A stretch of 64,000 nt of DNA, taken from Bacillota bacterium. Its GTDB lineage: Bacteria > Bacillota > Clostridia > Peptostreptococcales > Anaerovoracaceae. Numbering within the stretch: position 1 is the first letter of the stretch; the number at the start of each line of letters is the position of its first letter. Both the position numbers and the translations under genes were made by a program. Of this stretch, positions 54,311-62,063 are shown in pieces. The notes beneath the pieces are model-generated. The model searched no databases and had not been told where the DNA came from. It saw nothing but the letters and a program-made list of their open reading frames with translations. Location: the NCBI GenBank assembly GCA_030526355.1, contig JAUNDC010000009.1, positions 1,226 through 65,225 of the forward strand, read 5' to 3'.

Positions 54311-56737
54311 CTAAACACTTATTTCTTCAAATGCAGTTCTTTTCTCATATGCCTCCAGCAGCAATGTGGTCATGTCCACATTGCCGAAAAGTATTCCTCC
54401 GCAGAATTTCCTGTTCTTAAAATACAGCTTCTTATAAACTCCTGCTTCATGATCCCGAACCTCTTTTGTCTGATAGGCTGAAGCCTCGCCTTTTCCATTA
54501 TCCCCTACGGCAAACACGCTCATCCCAAAGCCTGTGAATGAAACAGCCGGTATCACCTGACTGTATATCCTGCCGTTATTCCCCTCTCCACCGAAGACTG
54601 CGTTTGCAGCTGCAACGCGTGCCATTTCCACGGCCTGTGTCCATAGACCGTAATTATTGCCGTTGAATACCGCACAGTCTCCGCATGCAAATATATTCGG
54701 TATGCCGGTCTCCATTCGTTCATTTACTGCTATGCCACCGCTGCAGCTGTCTGTGTGCAGCCCTTCCGCCATGCCTTCCAGAAGCCTGCTGTTCTCTCTT
54801 ATTCCCAGGCACTGTATAACAAGCTGAGCATCACAATGCGCTCCGCTTTCAAGCTCTACTCCAGCCACAGGTCCTTGACCGGTGAAGCTGCGTACTTCAT
54901 CGGTTGTGATTATATTTACTCCCGCTTCCCTGAGCTTTTCCTCAACAAGCCTGCCGGCCTTCTCATCCAGCTGTTTTGCCATCAGATATGGCTGCCTGTC
55001 TATGATAGTCACCTTGAATCTGTCTCCTGCAATGTCGGCTGCTGTCTCCAGACCCAGAATTCCTCCTCCCAGAATTACCACGTCCGTAACATTACCGCCG
55101 CTGATGTAGTTCCTTATTCTGCTGATTTCCGACAGGTCATGAACACAGAAAATTCCCTCCATACTGCTCCCAGGCAGGTCTGCTCTTACCGGCTCTGCTC
55201 CTGTTGCTAGAATAAGTCTGTCATAGGATACAGTCTTCCTACCTTTCAGCATCACCTGTCTGCCGGCTTGATCTATGCGTGTAACTTCCACGCCGGTCAG
55301 CAAGTCTATATTCCTGTCCTCATACCAGCTGTCTTCATAAAGGAATATGTTCTTTTCCGGTATTTCACGCAGTATGCATTTGGTCAGCATCTGCCTGTTG
55401 TATCCTTTGTATGGTTCCCGTGATATAAGCTTAATACTGCAGCCCTTGTCCAGTCTGCGTATTTCCTCTGCTGCAGCCGTTCCCGCAGCTCCGTTGCCTA
55501 TTATGACAAATCTGCGGTTAGTATGTACAGTCTCCTCCTGTTCCGCTTCAGGCTTGAAATTATCTTTCCTGTCCAGGATTTCTCCTGCCTTTACGCACTC
55601 TCCAAAATATTCACCGAAGGCTGCTGCTTCTTCGATTTCGTTTTCATCCGGCTTAAATCTTATGGCAAATCCTTTCGCCGTTACCTGCATGCCGAGCTGC
55701 TTCATTCTCTCCAACGCATTTGCCGTTCCTTTTTCACGATATGAATAAGAGCCGAAGGCTGCTGCGGGCTTTCCTCTGCATATCGATTCAGACATAGTGG
55801 CAAGAAGCTGCATCACCTCTACGGCAGCATCGTCGTCTATAGTCGGCGTTCCGACAGCTAAACCATCCGCCTCCTCAGCATCCATTGCAATTTCCGCCAG
55901 AGTCTTCCTGTCTTCATACAGGCTTATCCTGCTCAGATCCACCAGATGTGTTCTGATTCCTTCAACACGCTCCGCCCCGGATGCAACCGCTTCTGCCAGA
56001 TGCCTCGTGCATCCGAATCTGGAAGCATACGGAATTAATATATACTTTTCGTTCTGCCTGATGCTGCTGATTCTTTCTGTCCATTCCCTGTACTCCCTGA
56101 TTCCCGTATCGAATTTCACGGCATCACCTTCTTCGGGAAGTATAGTTTCCAGGTCTTCTCTTTCCAGAAGCTTCAGTGCTTTTTCCACGTATATGTAAAA
56201 TGGACGGAGCCTCTCTGCGAAGAATCTCTCTCTGCTTCCTTCTTTGCTGCTGAAAAGCTGTCCGCTGACAAGCAGTTTATGCTCTTTTACAATGAGGCAT
56301 ATCGTATCTGTCCATTGCCAGTTGGGCATCTGGAGGAATCTGTATGATTTTTTCCACGTCCTGTCCTGGTGCCTGCTTCTGTTTATGTTGGGCACGGGCA
56401 CCAACTCAATCGTAAACCCGCCTGCGTTCATGCTTTCTCTGCGGCGTATTATGTGCTTGTTAAGCTTTATGCCCAGATATTCCGCTGTGAAGTTCAAGGT
56501 GGTAGCTGTTCCTGCCAGTATTATGCCAGGATTCTGTTCTATTATCCTGTTTATATGGGTTGCCCTGTCAGGCGTGCAGTTGTTTATCACCAGTATATCT
56601 GCGCCTTCAGTAAATGCATCCGATACATCTGCCGCATCAAAGAGAATCGTTCTGTCTGTTCCTTCGATTCTGTATATGTTCGCTCCTGCATTGTCTTTTT
56701 CTCTGTATATCCCCGGTGCTATATATTGTTTCGGCAT
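54311..56737 (-). CDS. Multidomain redox protein: degenerate flavodiiron-like core + flavodoxin-like domain + NAD(P)H:rubredoxin-type FAD oxidoreductase
   Basis: The N-terminal MBL-like fold has NNCTPDR where flavodiiron proteins carry HxExDH. The middle is a flavodoxin-like ILIPYASRFGCT. The C-terminal half has FVIIGNGAAGTAAAEE and VVILGGGILGLETA dinucleotide folds. Confidence 0.7.
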   Translation of the reverse strand: MPKQYIAPGIYREKDNAGANIYRIEGTDRTILFDAADVSDAFTEGADILVINNCTPDRATHINRIIEQNPGIILAGTATTLNFTAEYLGIKLNKHIIRRRESMNAGGFTIELVPVPNINRSRHQDRTWKKSYRFLQMPNWQWTDTICLIVKEHKLLVSGQLFSSKEGSRERFFAERLRPFYIYVEKALKLLEREDLETILPEEGDAVKFDTGIREYREWTERISSIRQNEKYILIPYASRFGCTRHLAEAVASGAERVEGIRTHLVDLSRISLYEDRKTLAEIAMDAEEADGLAVGTPTIDDDAAVEVMQLLATMSESICRGKPAAAFGSYSYREKGTANALERMKQLGMQVTAKGFAIRFKPDENEIEEAAAFGEYFGECVKAGEILDRKDNFKPEAEQEETVHTNRRFVIIGNGAAGTAAAEEIRRLDKGCSIKLISREPYKGYNRQMLTKCILREIPEKNIFLYEDSWYEDRNIDLLTGVEVTRIDQAGRQVMLKGRKTVSYDRLILATGAEPVRADLPGSSMEGIFCVHDLSEISRIRNYISGGNVTDVVILGGGILGLETAADIAGDRFKVTIIDRQPYLMAKQLDEKAGRLVEEKLREAGVNIITTDEVRSFTGQGPVAGVELESGAHCDAQLVIQCLGIRENSRLLEGMAEGLHTDSCSGGIAVNERMETGIPNIFACGDCAVFNGNNYGLWTQAVEMARVAAANAVFGGEGNNGRIYSQVIPAVSFTGFGMSVFAVGDNGKGEASAYQTKEVRDHEAGVYKKLYFKNRKFCGGILFGNVDMTTLLLEAYEKRTAFEEISV

Positions 56738-56837
56738 TTAAACCTCTCCGCATCTTTCTCTAAATATTGTTTCTCTTAATTATAATGCAGGCTGACCTTT
56801 TAGTCGAGAGCTTCACCATTATTATCCCGCAGGCATC

Positions 56838-56888
56838 AAAAAGAGCTTCAGGTATCAGTTGGTATAACAACCGAGCCTGAAGCTCTTT
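56838..56888 (-). terminator. Intrinsic terminator with a 23-nt loop
   Basis: AAAAAGAGCTTCAGG (56838-56852) pairs with CCTGAAGCTCTTT (56876-56888). The minus-strand U-tract follows. It lies after the DUF3793-like gene. Confidence 0.55.
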
Positions 56889-56949
56889 CTGTTCATCAGA
56901 AAAATAAGTATCTATAGGCGAAAATAGTATCTATGGGTAAAAATAGTAG

Positions 56950-57516
56950 CTATGGGCAAATTAGATTGCTTTTGACTGTAAGTGACGGAAGCTTTGCTCC
57001 CTTATCCAGCATTCTGCTGTAAATAGCCGTGCATTTGTCGTATTTCATAAATGTGCGTTTCGCCGCAGCTTCATTCGTGTACACTTTCCAGCATCCGACA
57101 TGCTTATAGTTTTTGCCTTTATTTACAATAAATGCTTTAACATCCTTAAACGGATATCCCAGAAAAACTCCTATTTCATGTGGAAATTCGCTGTACTCTC
57201 CAAGGCGCTCAGCCAGAATGTCAAGCATCCCTTCAATACTGCTGCAGTCGTACCCGCAGCTTTCCATAAACTGCCTCACACATATATCCTCCAGTGCCTT
57301 TGCCAGTTTCGCCTTCCTGTACACATATATTAGCGCCATGCCTCTGCTGAAGCGCAGCACTCTGATGTATACCCCTCTCTGATTCAGCTGTTTGTTCAAG
57401 CTTGCTGTGAAGCCGAACAGTTCGCTGCCGCAGCTGCATCTACAGCTGAACAAATTACCTGTTTTCATACCCGCAAGCGTCGGTGAACAGTGCGTTACTA
57501 TCATCTTTTCTGACAT
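56950..57516 (-). CDS. DUF3793-like protein
   Basis: MSEKMIVTHCSPTLAGMKTGNLFSC.. N-terminus is typical of the family (from memory). GAAGGAG SD. The track's GTG 57561 start is unlikely. Confidence 0.6.
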   Translation of the reverse strand: MSEKMIVTHCSPTLAGMKTGNLFSCRCSCGSELFGFTASLNKQLNQRGVYIRVLRFSRGMALIYVYRKAKLAKALEDICVRQFMESCGYDCSSIEGMLDILAERLGEYSEFPHEIGVFLGYPFKDVKAFIVNKGKNYKHVGCWKVYTNEAAAKRTFMKYDKCTAIYSRMLDKGAKLPSLTVKSNLICP

Positions 57517-57691
57517 GGCTTTTTTCTCCTTCCATCCCGCCTCAGCAAGGGGCTGTCGCACAGCTGACTAATCAGGTCGGCTGGAACGATAGCTCCTTTA
57601 CTGTAAATTTGCTCTCTGCTCCCAATACTCTTTTAATTTAAGGAATAATATCATTTAATGAAATGGATCAAGGCGGGTGACAGTTTATCTA

Positions 57692-57895
57692 CTTGGTTAG
57701 GAACAACTATTCATCTGTTTGGTTATGATTAACTAATCATTTGTTTGGTTAGGAGACCTAATCATTTGTTTGATTAGTGATAACTAACTCTGTACCAAAA
57801 AATTTTCCCCTGAGGGGTTTGGATTTTCATATATCAACTGAATCACCGTTTTGGTTAGTCTAGCGCTTTGGTTAGTTACTACTAACTCTATTGTA
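57692..57895 (+). repeat. Iteron-like direct repeats (TTTGGTTAG-N6-8-CTAAYY)
   Basis: TTTGGTTA-type motif at 57692, 57718, 57744 and 57769 (spacing 26, 26 and 25 bp), plus 57818 (degenerate), 57850 and 57867. Each unit contains a short TTAG/CTAA inverted repeat. Confidence 0.8.
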
Positions 57896-58145
57896 TTATA
57901 TTACTATTGAAGAAAATTGTCAATGGGTTTTATATTTTTTGTTTCCAAAATGTGTGTGTAAATATAAAGAGTAAATACAACAGTGGAAGTTTCAACGGAA
58001 TTAACTTCAGGAATTTACAAAGATTTTTGTGCTTATTTAATTGTTTCGTGAAACAGTTTGACAATGAAACAGCTGGAATGCATAATTTATTATAAGTGCA
58101 ATCTGCTGTGAACAGATTAATATGTATCAGCGACGTTGAACAAAT

Positions 58146-58189
58146 AAAAAAGTCGGCTATGCCTATTCTGTCAAGAGGTAGACTTTTTT
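58146..58189 (+). terminator. Orphan terminator-like long-loop hairpin
   Basis: AAAAAAGTC (58146-58154) pairs with GACTTTTTT (58181-58189) around a 26-nt loop. No convincing gene lies upstream. Confidence 0.35.
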
Positions 58190-58198
58190 GATATTCCA

Positions 58199-58221
58199 GA
58201 AATATCGCACAGCGATATTTC
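58199..58221. promoter_or_regulatory. Perfect 10-bp inverted repeat upstream of the GIY-YIG gene
   Basis: GAAATATCGC-ACA-GCGATATTTC, 53 nt upstream of ATG 58274. Confidence 0.4.
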
Positions 58222-58273
58222 CTTCATAATAAAAAATTATAGAAATAGGTAAGCGAAAGCAGAATCAACTGAA

Positions 58274-58651
58274 ATGAAATCAGCAAAAGACAAATCAATC
58301 GAAATAGAACCAACGAAAGATATTTCAACGGAAATAAAATCAGTGAAATCAGATGCGGCGGAGCCTGTAATTAGCATCACCCCCGGCACACCATGCGTGT
58401 ACATGCTTCTGTGTGATAATGGGTCTCTCTATACAGGCTGGACCAATGATTTCAACAAACGCTTCGCCGCTCACATGAATGGGCAGGGTGCTAAATATAC
58501 ACGAAGCCACAAACCAGTTAAACCCGCATATATCGAAATAATGCCGGATAAGTCGGCAGCTGTAAAGCGTGAAGCAGCAATAAAAAAACTTCCTGTCAAC
58601 AAAAAAAGGCAGCTGATAAGTACACCATCAAATATCATCTATTCTACCTGA
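58274..58651 (+). CDS. GIY-YIG nuclease-family protein (YhbQ/UPF0213-like) with a repeat-rich N-terminal extension
   Basis: CVYMLLCDNGSLYTGWTNDFNKRFAAHMNGQGAKYTRSHKPVKPAYIE..REAAIKKL (GIY..YTG..R..H..G..E core). The first ~40 aa (KSIEIEPTKDISTEIKSVKS) come from short DNA repeats. Confidence 0.8.
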   Translation: MKSAKDKSIEIEPTKDISTEIKSVKSDAAEPVISITPGTPCVYMLLCDNGSLYTGWTNDFNKRFAAHMNGQGAKYTRSHKPVKPAYIEIMPDKSAAVKREAAIKKLPVNKKRQLISTPSNIIYST

Positions 58652-58684
58652 TGGCTTAACTTCTGTATATCCCGACAGCTTGGC

Positions 58685-59213
58685 GTTCAGGTGAATTCCA
58701 ATGGCTCGGTTTCTGATTCCCCGATATCTTTGCAAAATTGAGTTTCTACAATTTGGCGATTTCATCGGTAACTTCTTCCCTATGGAGTCTTTTCTACATA
58801 ACGACCGTCATCGGCAACCACACTCCAAGCACTAGTTTCCCGATGAAATTCTGCTGCTGAAGTTTTCTGGACTTTGAATTTCATCGGTAATCTTCACCAA
58901 CATTGCTTCTCGCCGGTGAAGCCTTCTTATTCCAAACATGCATCCAAACATGCAAGTCTCCAAATATGTTTATGTAATCTATCATTTGGAGACTTTTGGC
59001 TGTTTTCGGTGTGATTTGAACTTGATATTCTCCAAAAAGTCTCCCTAAAAGATATATTTGGAGACTTTATTGCCAATATATGTATAATGCTGGGAAATAG
59101 TCTCCAAATCATGGTTCTGAAGTGTAATATTGGAGACTTGCATCGCAAAATATCCTTCAATATACCTAAAAGTCTCCAACCAATGCCATCACGGCAAAGA
59201 TTTGGAGACTTTT
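58685..59213 (+). repeat. Composite hairpin array: family-B arms switch to family-C arms on one ~73-bp lattice
   Basis: 5' arms start at ~58685 (degenerate), 58760, 58806 and 58879 (TCATCGG type), then 58954, 59027, 59099 and 59171 (AGTCTCCAAAT type, partner ATTTGGAGACT ~30 nt downstream). From 58806 the steps are 73, 75, 73, 72 and 72 bp. Confidence 0.85.
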
Positions 59214-59261
59214 CATTTTAGCGAGCCCGTCTGATTAGTTCGCCGATCTAACAAATTCGGT

Positions 59262-59428
59262 CTGGGCAAATTGCCCGACTGACAGGTTAACAAATTCGGC
59301 CTGCGCAAATTATCGGTCTAACAGGTTAACAGATTCTGTCTGCGTTAATTGTCAATCTGACAGATTGAACCTGCGTAATTGTCCGCCCGACAGTTCCGAC
59401 ATGCGTTAATTACCAGCCTGTGTTAATT
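59262..59428. repeat. Degenerate tandem repeat (CTGCGYWAATT motif x6) running into the 3' end of the next CDS
   Basis: The motif occurs at 59262, 59301, 59340, 59371, 59401 and 59418 (spacing 39, 39, 31, 30 and 17). The last copy contains stop codon 59423-59425 of the minus-strand gene. Confidence 0.7.
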
Positions 59429-60049
59429 TCTTGCCTGCATCAGAAGCAGCTTGTGCACTTCTGCTGATGAGGTTCCGAACTTTTTCACATCCATTCCAAG
59501 TACCTGAGTGGCAGCGGCTGCGTCAACTGCTCCAGTAACAGACTCTTCCGGAGAACCCTCGGATTCAGCCGGACACGACCACTCAACCTTATTGATTTCC
59601 ACAATAAGAGCCAGCATCTGCTGAGCATATATTTCCATGTTATTGTTAAATGTTTCCTGTTCGCTTTTCTTCACCGGATTTTTCATCTCAATAAAAAGCT
59701 TGCAATTTTCACCTGTTCCTGTAATTTTCACTGAGTATTTGCCTGCAAAAGCCTCTAGCTTCATAGCATCAAGCAGCTTGACAACCGAAGCCGTATCATT
59801 GACATCGCTGACCTTTCGATCATAGAGAACCACTGAATTCTGATCCGAGCAGTCCACCAGCACCGGCTCCAGGCTGCTCCGCCAGCTGGAGCCTGAAGCC
59901 ACAGAGTCTCCGGAGTCCACAGATTCTCCAGAGGCTGTAGTGTCTCCGGAGGCTGCAGACGCTTCCGACTGATTATTCACAGGCATTACAGCAAAAGCGA
60001 CTGCCAGAATTATCACCGCAGACAACGCTGCAAAAATCAGCATTTTCAT
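59423..60049 (-). CDS. Membrane-anchored secreted protein, DUF4825-like
   Basis: N-terminal TM/signal anchor (MLIFAALSAVIILAVAFAV), a Ser/Gly/Asp low-complexity linker, and a C-terminal ..VLYDRKVSDVNDTASVVKLLDAM..AQQMLALIVEINKVEW that resembles DUF4825 (from memory). The start is uncertain (60049, 60043 or 60088). Confidence 0.45.
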   Translation of the reverse strand: MKMLIFAALSAVIILAVAFAVMPVNNQSEASAASGDTTASGESVDSGDSVASGSSWRSSLEPVLVDCSDQNSVVLYDRKVSDVNDTASVVKLLDAMKLEAFAGKYSVKITGTGENCKLFIEMKNPVKKSEQETFNNNMEIYAQQMLALIVEINKVEWSCPAESEGSPEESVTGAVDAAAATQVLGMDVKKFGTSSAEVHKLLLMQARN

Positions 60050-60230
60050 CCTTCTGACCCTTTTTTCACACTTTACTTCTCCACCCATAATGGCACCATC
60101 CCTTTCCTTTTGTATGCCATATGTTATATCACTGTTATATGATGAAACTGTGACAGCATAGAGAGCTTCATGTAAATTCTATTCTGTAAATTATTTCCAG
60201 ATACCCCTAAGCGCTCATAATTATTTGCAG

Positions 60231-62063
60231 CTATTCCGCAAACTGGCTGTTGTAAAGTGTACTGTAGAAACCACCCTGCGCAAGCAGCTCTTCGTGGGTT
60301 CCCTGTTCAATAATATCGCCATGATTCATAACAAGAATATGATCCGCATCCTTGATGGTAGAAAGTCTGTGAGCGATTATAAAGCTTGTTCTGCCCTCCA
60401 TAAGCCTTGCCATCGCCTTCTGTATCAGCACCTCCGTTCTGGTATCGACCGAGCTTGTAGCTTCATCCAGAATCAGAACAGGCGCATCAGCGAGGAAAGC
60501 ACGGGCGATTGTAAGCAGCTGCTTCTGACCCTGTGAAATGTTGCTGGCCTCCTCATTGATTTCCATATCATATCCCTTTGGCTGAGTTTTGATAAAGTGA
60601 TCAATGTGCGCAGCTTCAGCCGCCGCATACACATCTGCGTCTGATGCCTCCGGGCTGCCATATCTGATATTCTCCCTGATGGTCCCGCTGTTGAGCCATG
60701 TATCCTGAAGAACCATACCAAACATCTCGCGAAGGTTGCTTCTCGAAAGCTTCGTGATATCGCAGCCATCTATGCTTATATGCCCACCATCGAGCTCATA
60801 AAACCGCATAAGCAGCTTTACAATCGTTGTCTTGCCAGCACCAGTAAGACCAACTATCGCAACACGCTGACCAGGCTCTGCCGTAAATGAAAAATCATTA
60901 ATTACAGGCTCATCCTTGCTGTAGCCGAAGCTGACATGGCTGAAGGATACACGACCCTTTACATTATCAACATCTATTACAGCCTCAGTAGATTTGTCAA
61001 GATCCACCTCTTCGCACTCCTCGATAAGCTCAAATATACGCTCCGCCGCCGCCGCGGTTGACTGCAGCTGGTTCGCCACATTGGCCACCTGTGAAATAGG
61101 CTGATTAAAGCTTCTGACATACTGAATGAAAGCCTGAATATCACCAATTGATACTCTGCCGTTGATTGCCAGATATCCACCCAAAAGACAAACCGCAACA
61201 TAAGCCATATTACCAATGAGAACGGTAACAGGCATCATTATTCCTGACAGGAACTGAGATTTCCAGGCTGACTCATAAAGCTTCTCGTTGTATTCACCAA
61301 ACTTGAGCTTTGAGTTTTCTTCACGATTGAAGACCTTAATAATCTCATGACCAGTGTACATTTCCTCCACATGACCATTAACATATCCCAGATATTTCTG
61401 CTGGTTCCTGAAATGCCCCTGTGATTTCGAAACCACAAGCCTTATCACGATCATGGACGCAGGCAGCACCACCAGCGCCACAACAGTCATCAGCAGATTT
61501 ATCCGCAGCATCATGATAAGAATACCCGCTATTGTTGTAACACTGGTAATCATCTGTGTCATGCTGACAGACAAAGTCTGATTCACCGTTTCGATGTCAT
61601 TTATCATTCTGCTCTGTATCTCACCGTGAGTTTTGCTGTCGAAATAACTGAGCGGAAGACGATCAAGCTTGGCAGACATTTTCTCACGAAGAGTGTATAT
61701 TACCTTCTGGGAAACATCTGACATTATCCAGCCCTGAGCCACGCCAAACAGCAAGCTCAGACCATACATAGCCAGAAGAACCATGAGGATGAACAGCAGA
61801 CCCCTGAAATCAATTCCACTTCCGCTCATCAATCCCTCAACGACCTTGTCCGTCGCCTCCCCAAGAACAGTAGGCGAAACAATATTGAATACAGTACTTG
61901 CAACAGCAAATAAAATCACAATGAAAACCCTGAACCTGTATGGTTTGAGGCACCCCGCAATTTTTTTGAGGGTACCACTGAAATCACGCGCTTTTTCGCC
62001 AGGCATCATTTTGCCGCCCGGACCACCATGCCCATGTCCATGTCCTCTTCTGCCTCCAGCCAT
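60231..62063 (-). CDS. ABC exporter, fused permease/ATPase (heterodimer partner 2)
   Basis: 6-TM domain, Walker A GLTGAGKTT, signature ISQGQKQ and Walker B ILILDEATS. Confidence 0.9.
   Translation of the reverse strand: MAGGRRGHGHGHGGPGGKMMPGEKARDFSGTLKKIAGCLKPYRFRVFIVILFAVASTVFNIVSPTVLGEATDKVVEGLMSGSGIDFRGLLFILMVLLAMYGLSLLFGVAQGWIMSDVSQKVIYTLREKMSAKLDRLPLSYFDSKTHGEIQSRMINDIETVNQTLSVSMTQMITSVTTIAGILIMMLRINLLMTVVALVVLPASMIVIRLVVSKSQGHFRNQQKYLGYVNGHVEEMYTGHEIIKVFNREENSKLKFGEYNEKLYESAWKSQFLSGIMMPVTVLIGNMAYVAVCLLGGYLAINGRVSIGDIQAFIQYVRSFNQPISQVANVANQLQSTAAAAERIFELIEECEEVDLDKSTEAVIDVDNVKGRVSFSHVSFGYSKDEPVINDFSFTAEPGQRVAIVGLTGAGKTTIVKLLMRFYELDGGHISIDGCDITKLSRSNLREMFGMVLQDTWLNSGTIRENIRYGSPEASDADVYAAAEAAHIDHFIKTQPKGYDMEINEEASNISQGQKQLLTIARAFLADAPVLILDEATSSVDTRTEVLIQKAMARLMEGRTSFIIAHRLSTIKDADHILVMNHGDIIEQGTHEELLAQGGFYSTLYNSQFAE

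Noticed and set aside
57555-57615. SRP/4.5S-RNA-like motif (CAGGTCGGCTGGAACGATAGC)
   Set aside because: The resemblance to the CAGGUCCGGAAGGAAGCAGC domain IV core is only loose. No extended helix can be drawn, and the segment is the 5' region of the DUF3793-like gene on the other strand.
57907-58095. 62-aa ORF in the gene-poor region
   Set aside because: It has a TTG start and no SD. The composition is very AT-rich and the sequence is not recognisable. I mention it only as a possible small gene in front of the orphan terminator.
58685-59213. Hairpin arrays as integron attC sites or gene cassettes
   Set aside because: There is no intI-like integrase. No ORFs lie between the hairpins, since the spacers are only about 30 nt. 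No GTTRRRY-type core sites are visible.
57560-59420. Treating the dense intergenic repeats as proof of a biological system
   Set aside because: The abundance of degenerate short repeats could also reflect assembly or polishing problems, or a non-natural sequence origin, and I cannot test that from sequence alone. I therefore report the arrays as observations with explicit read-level and comparative checks, not as an established system.
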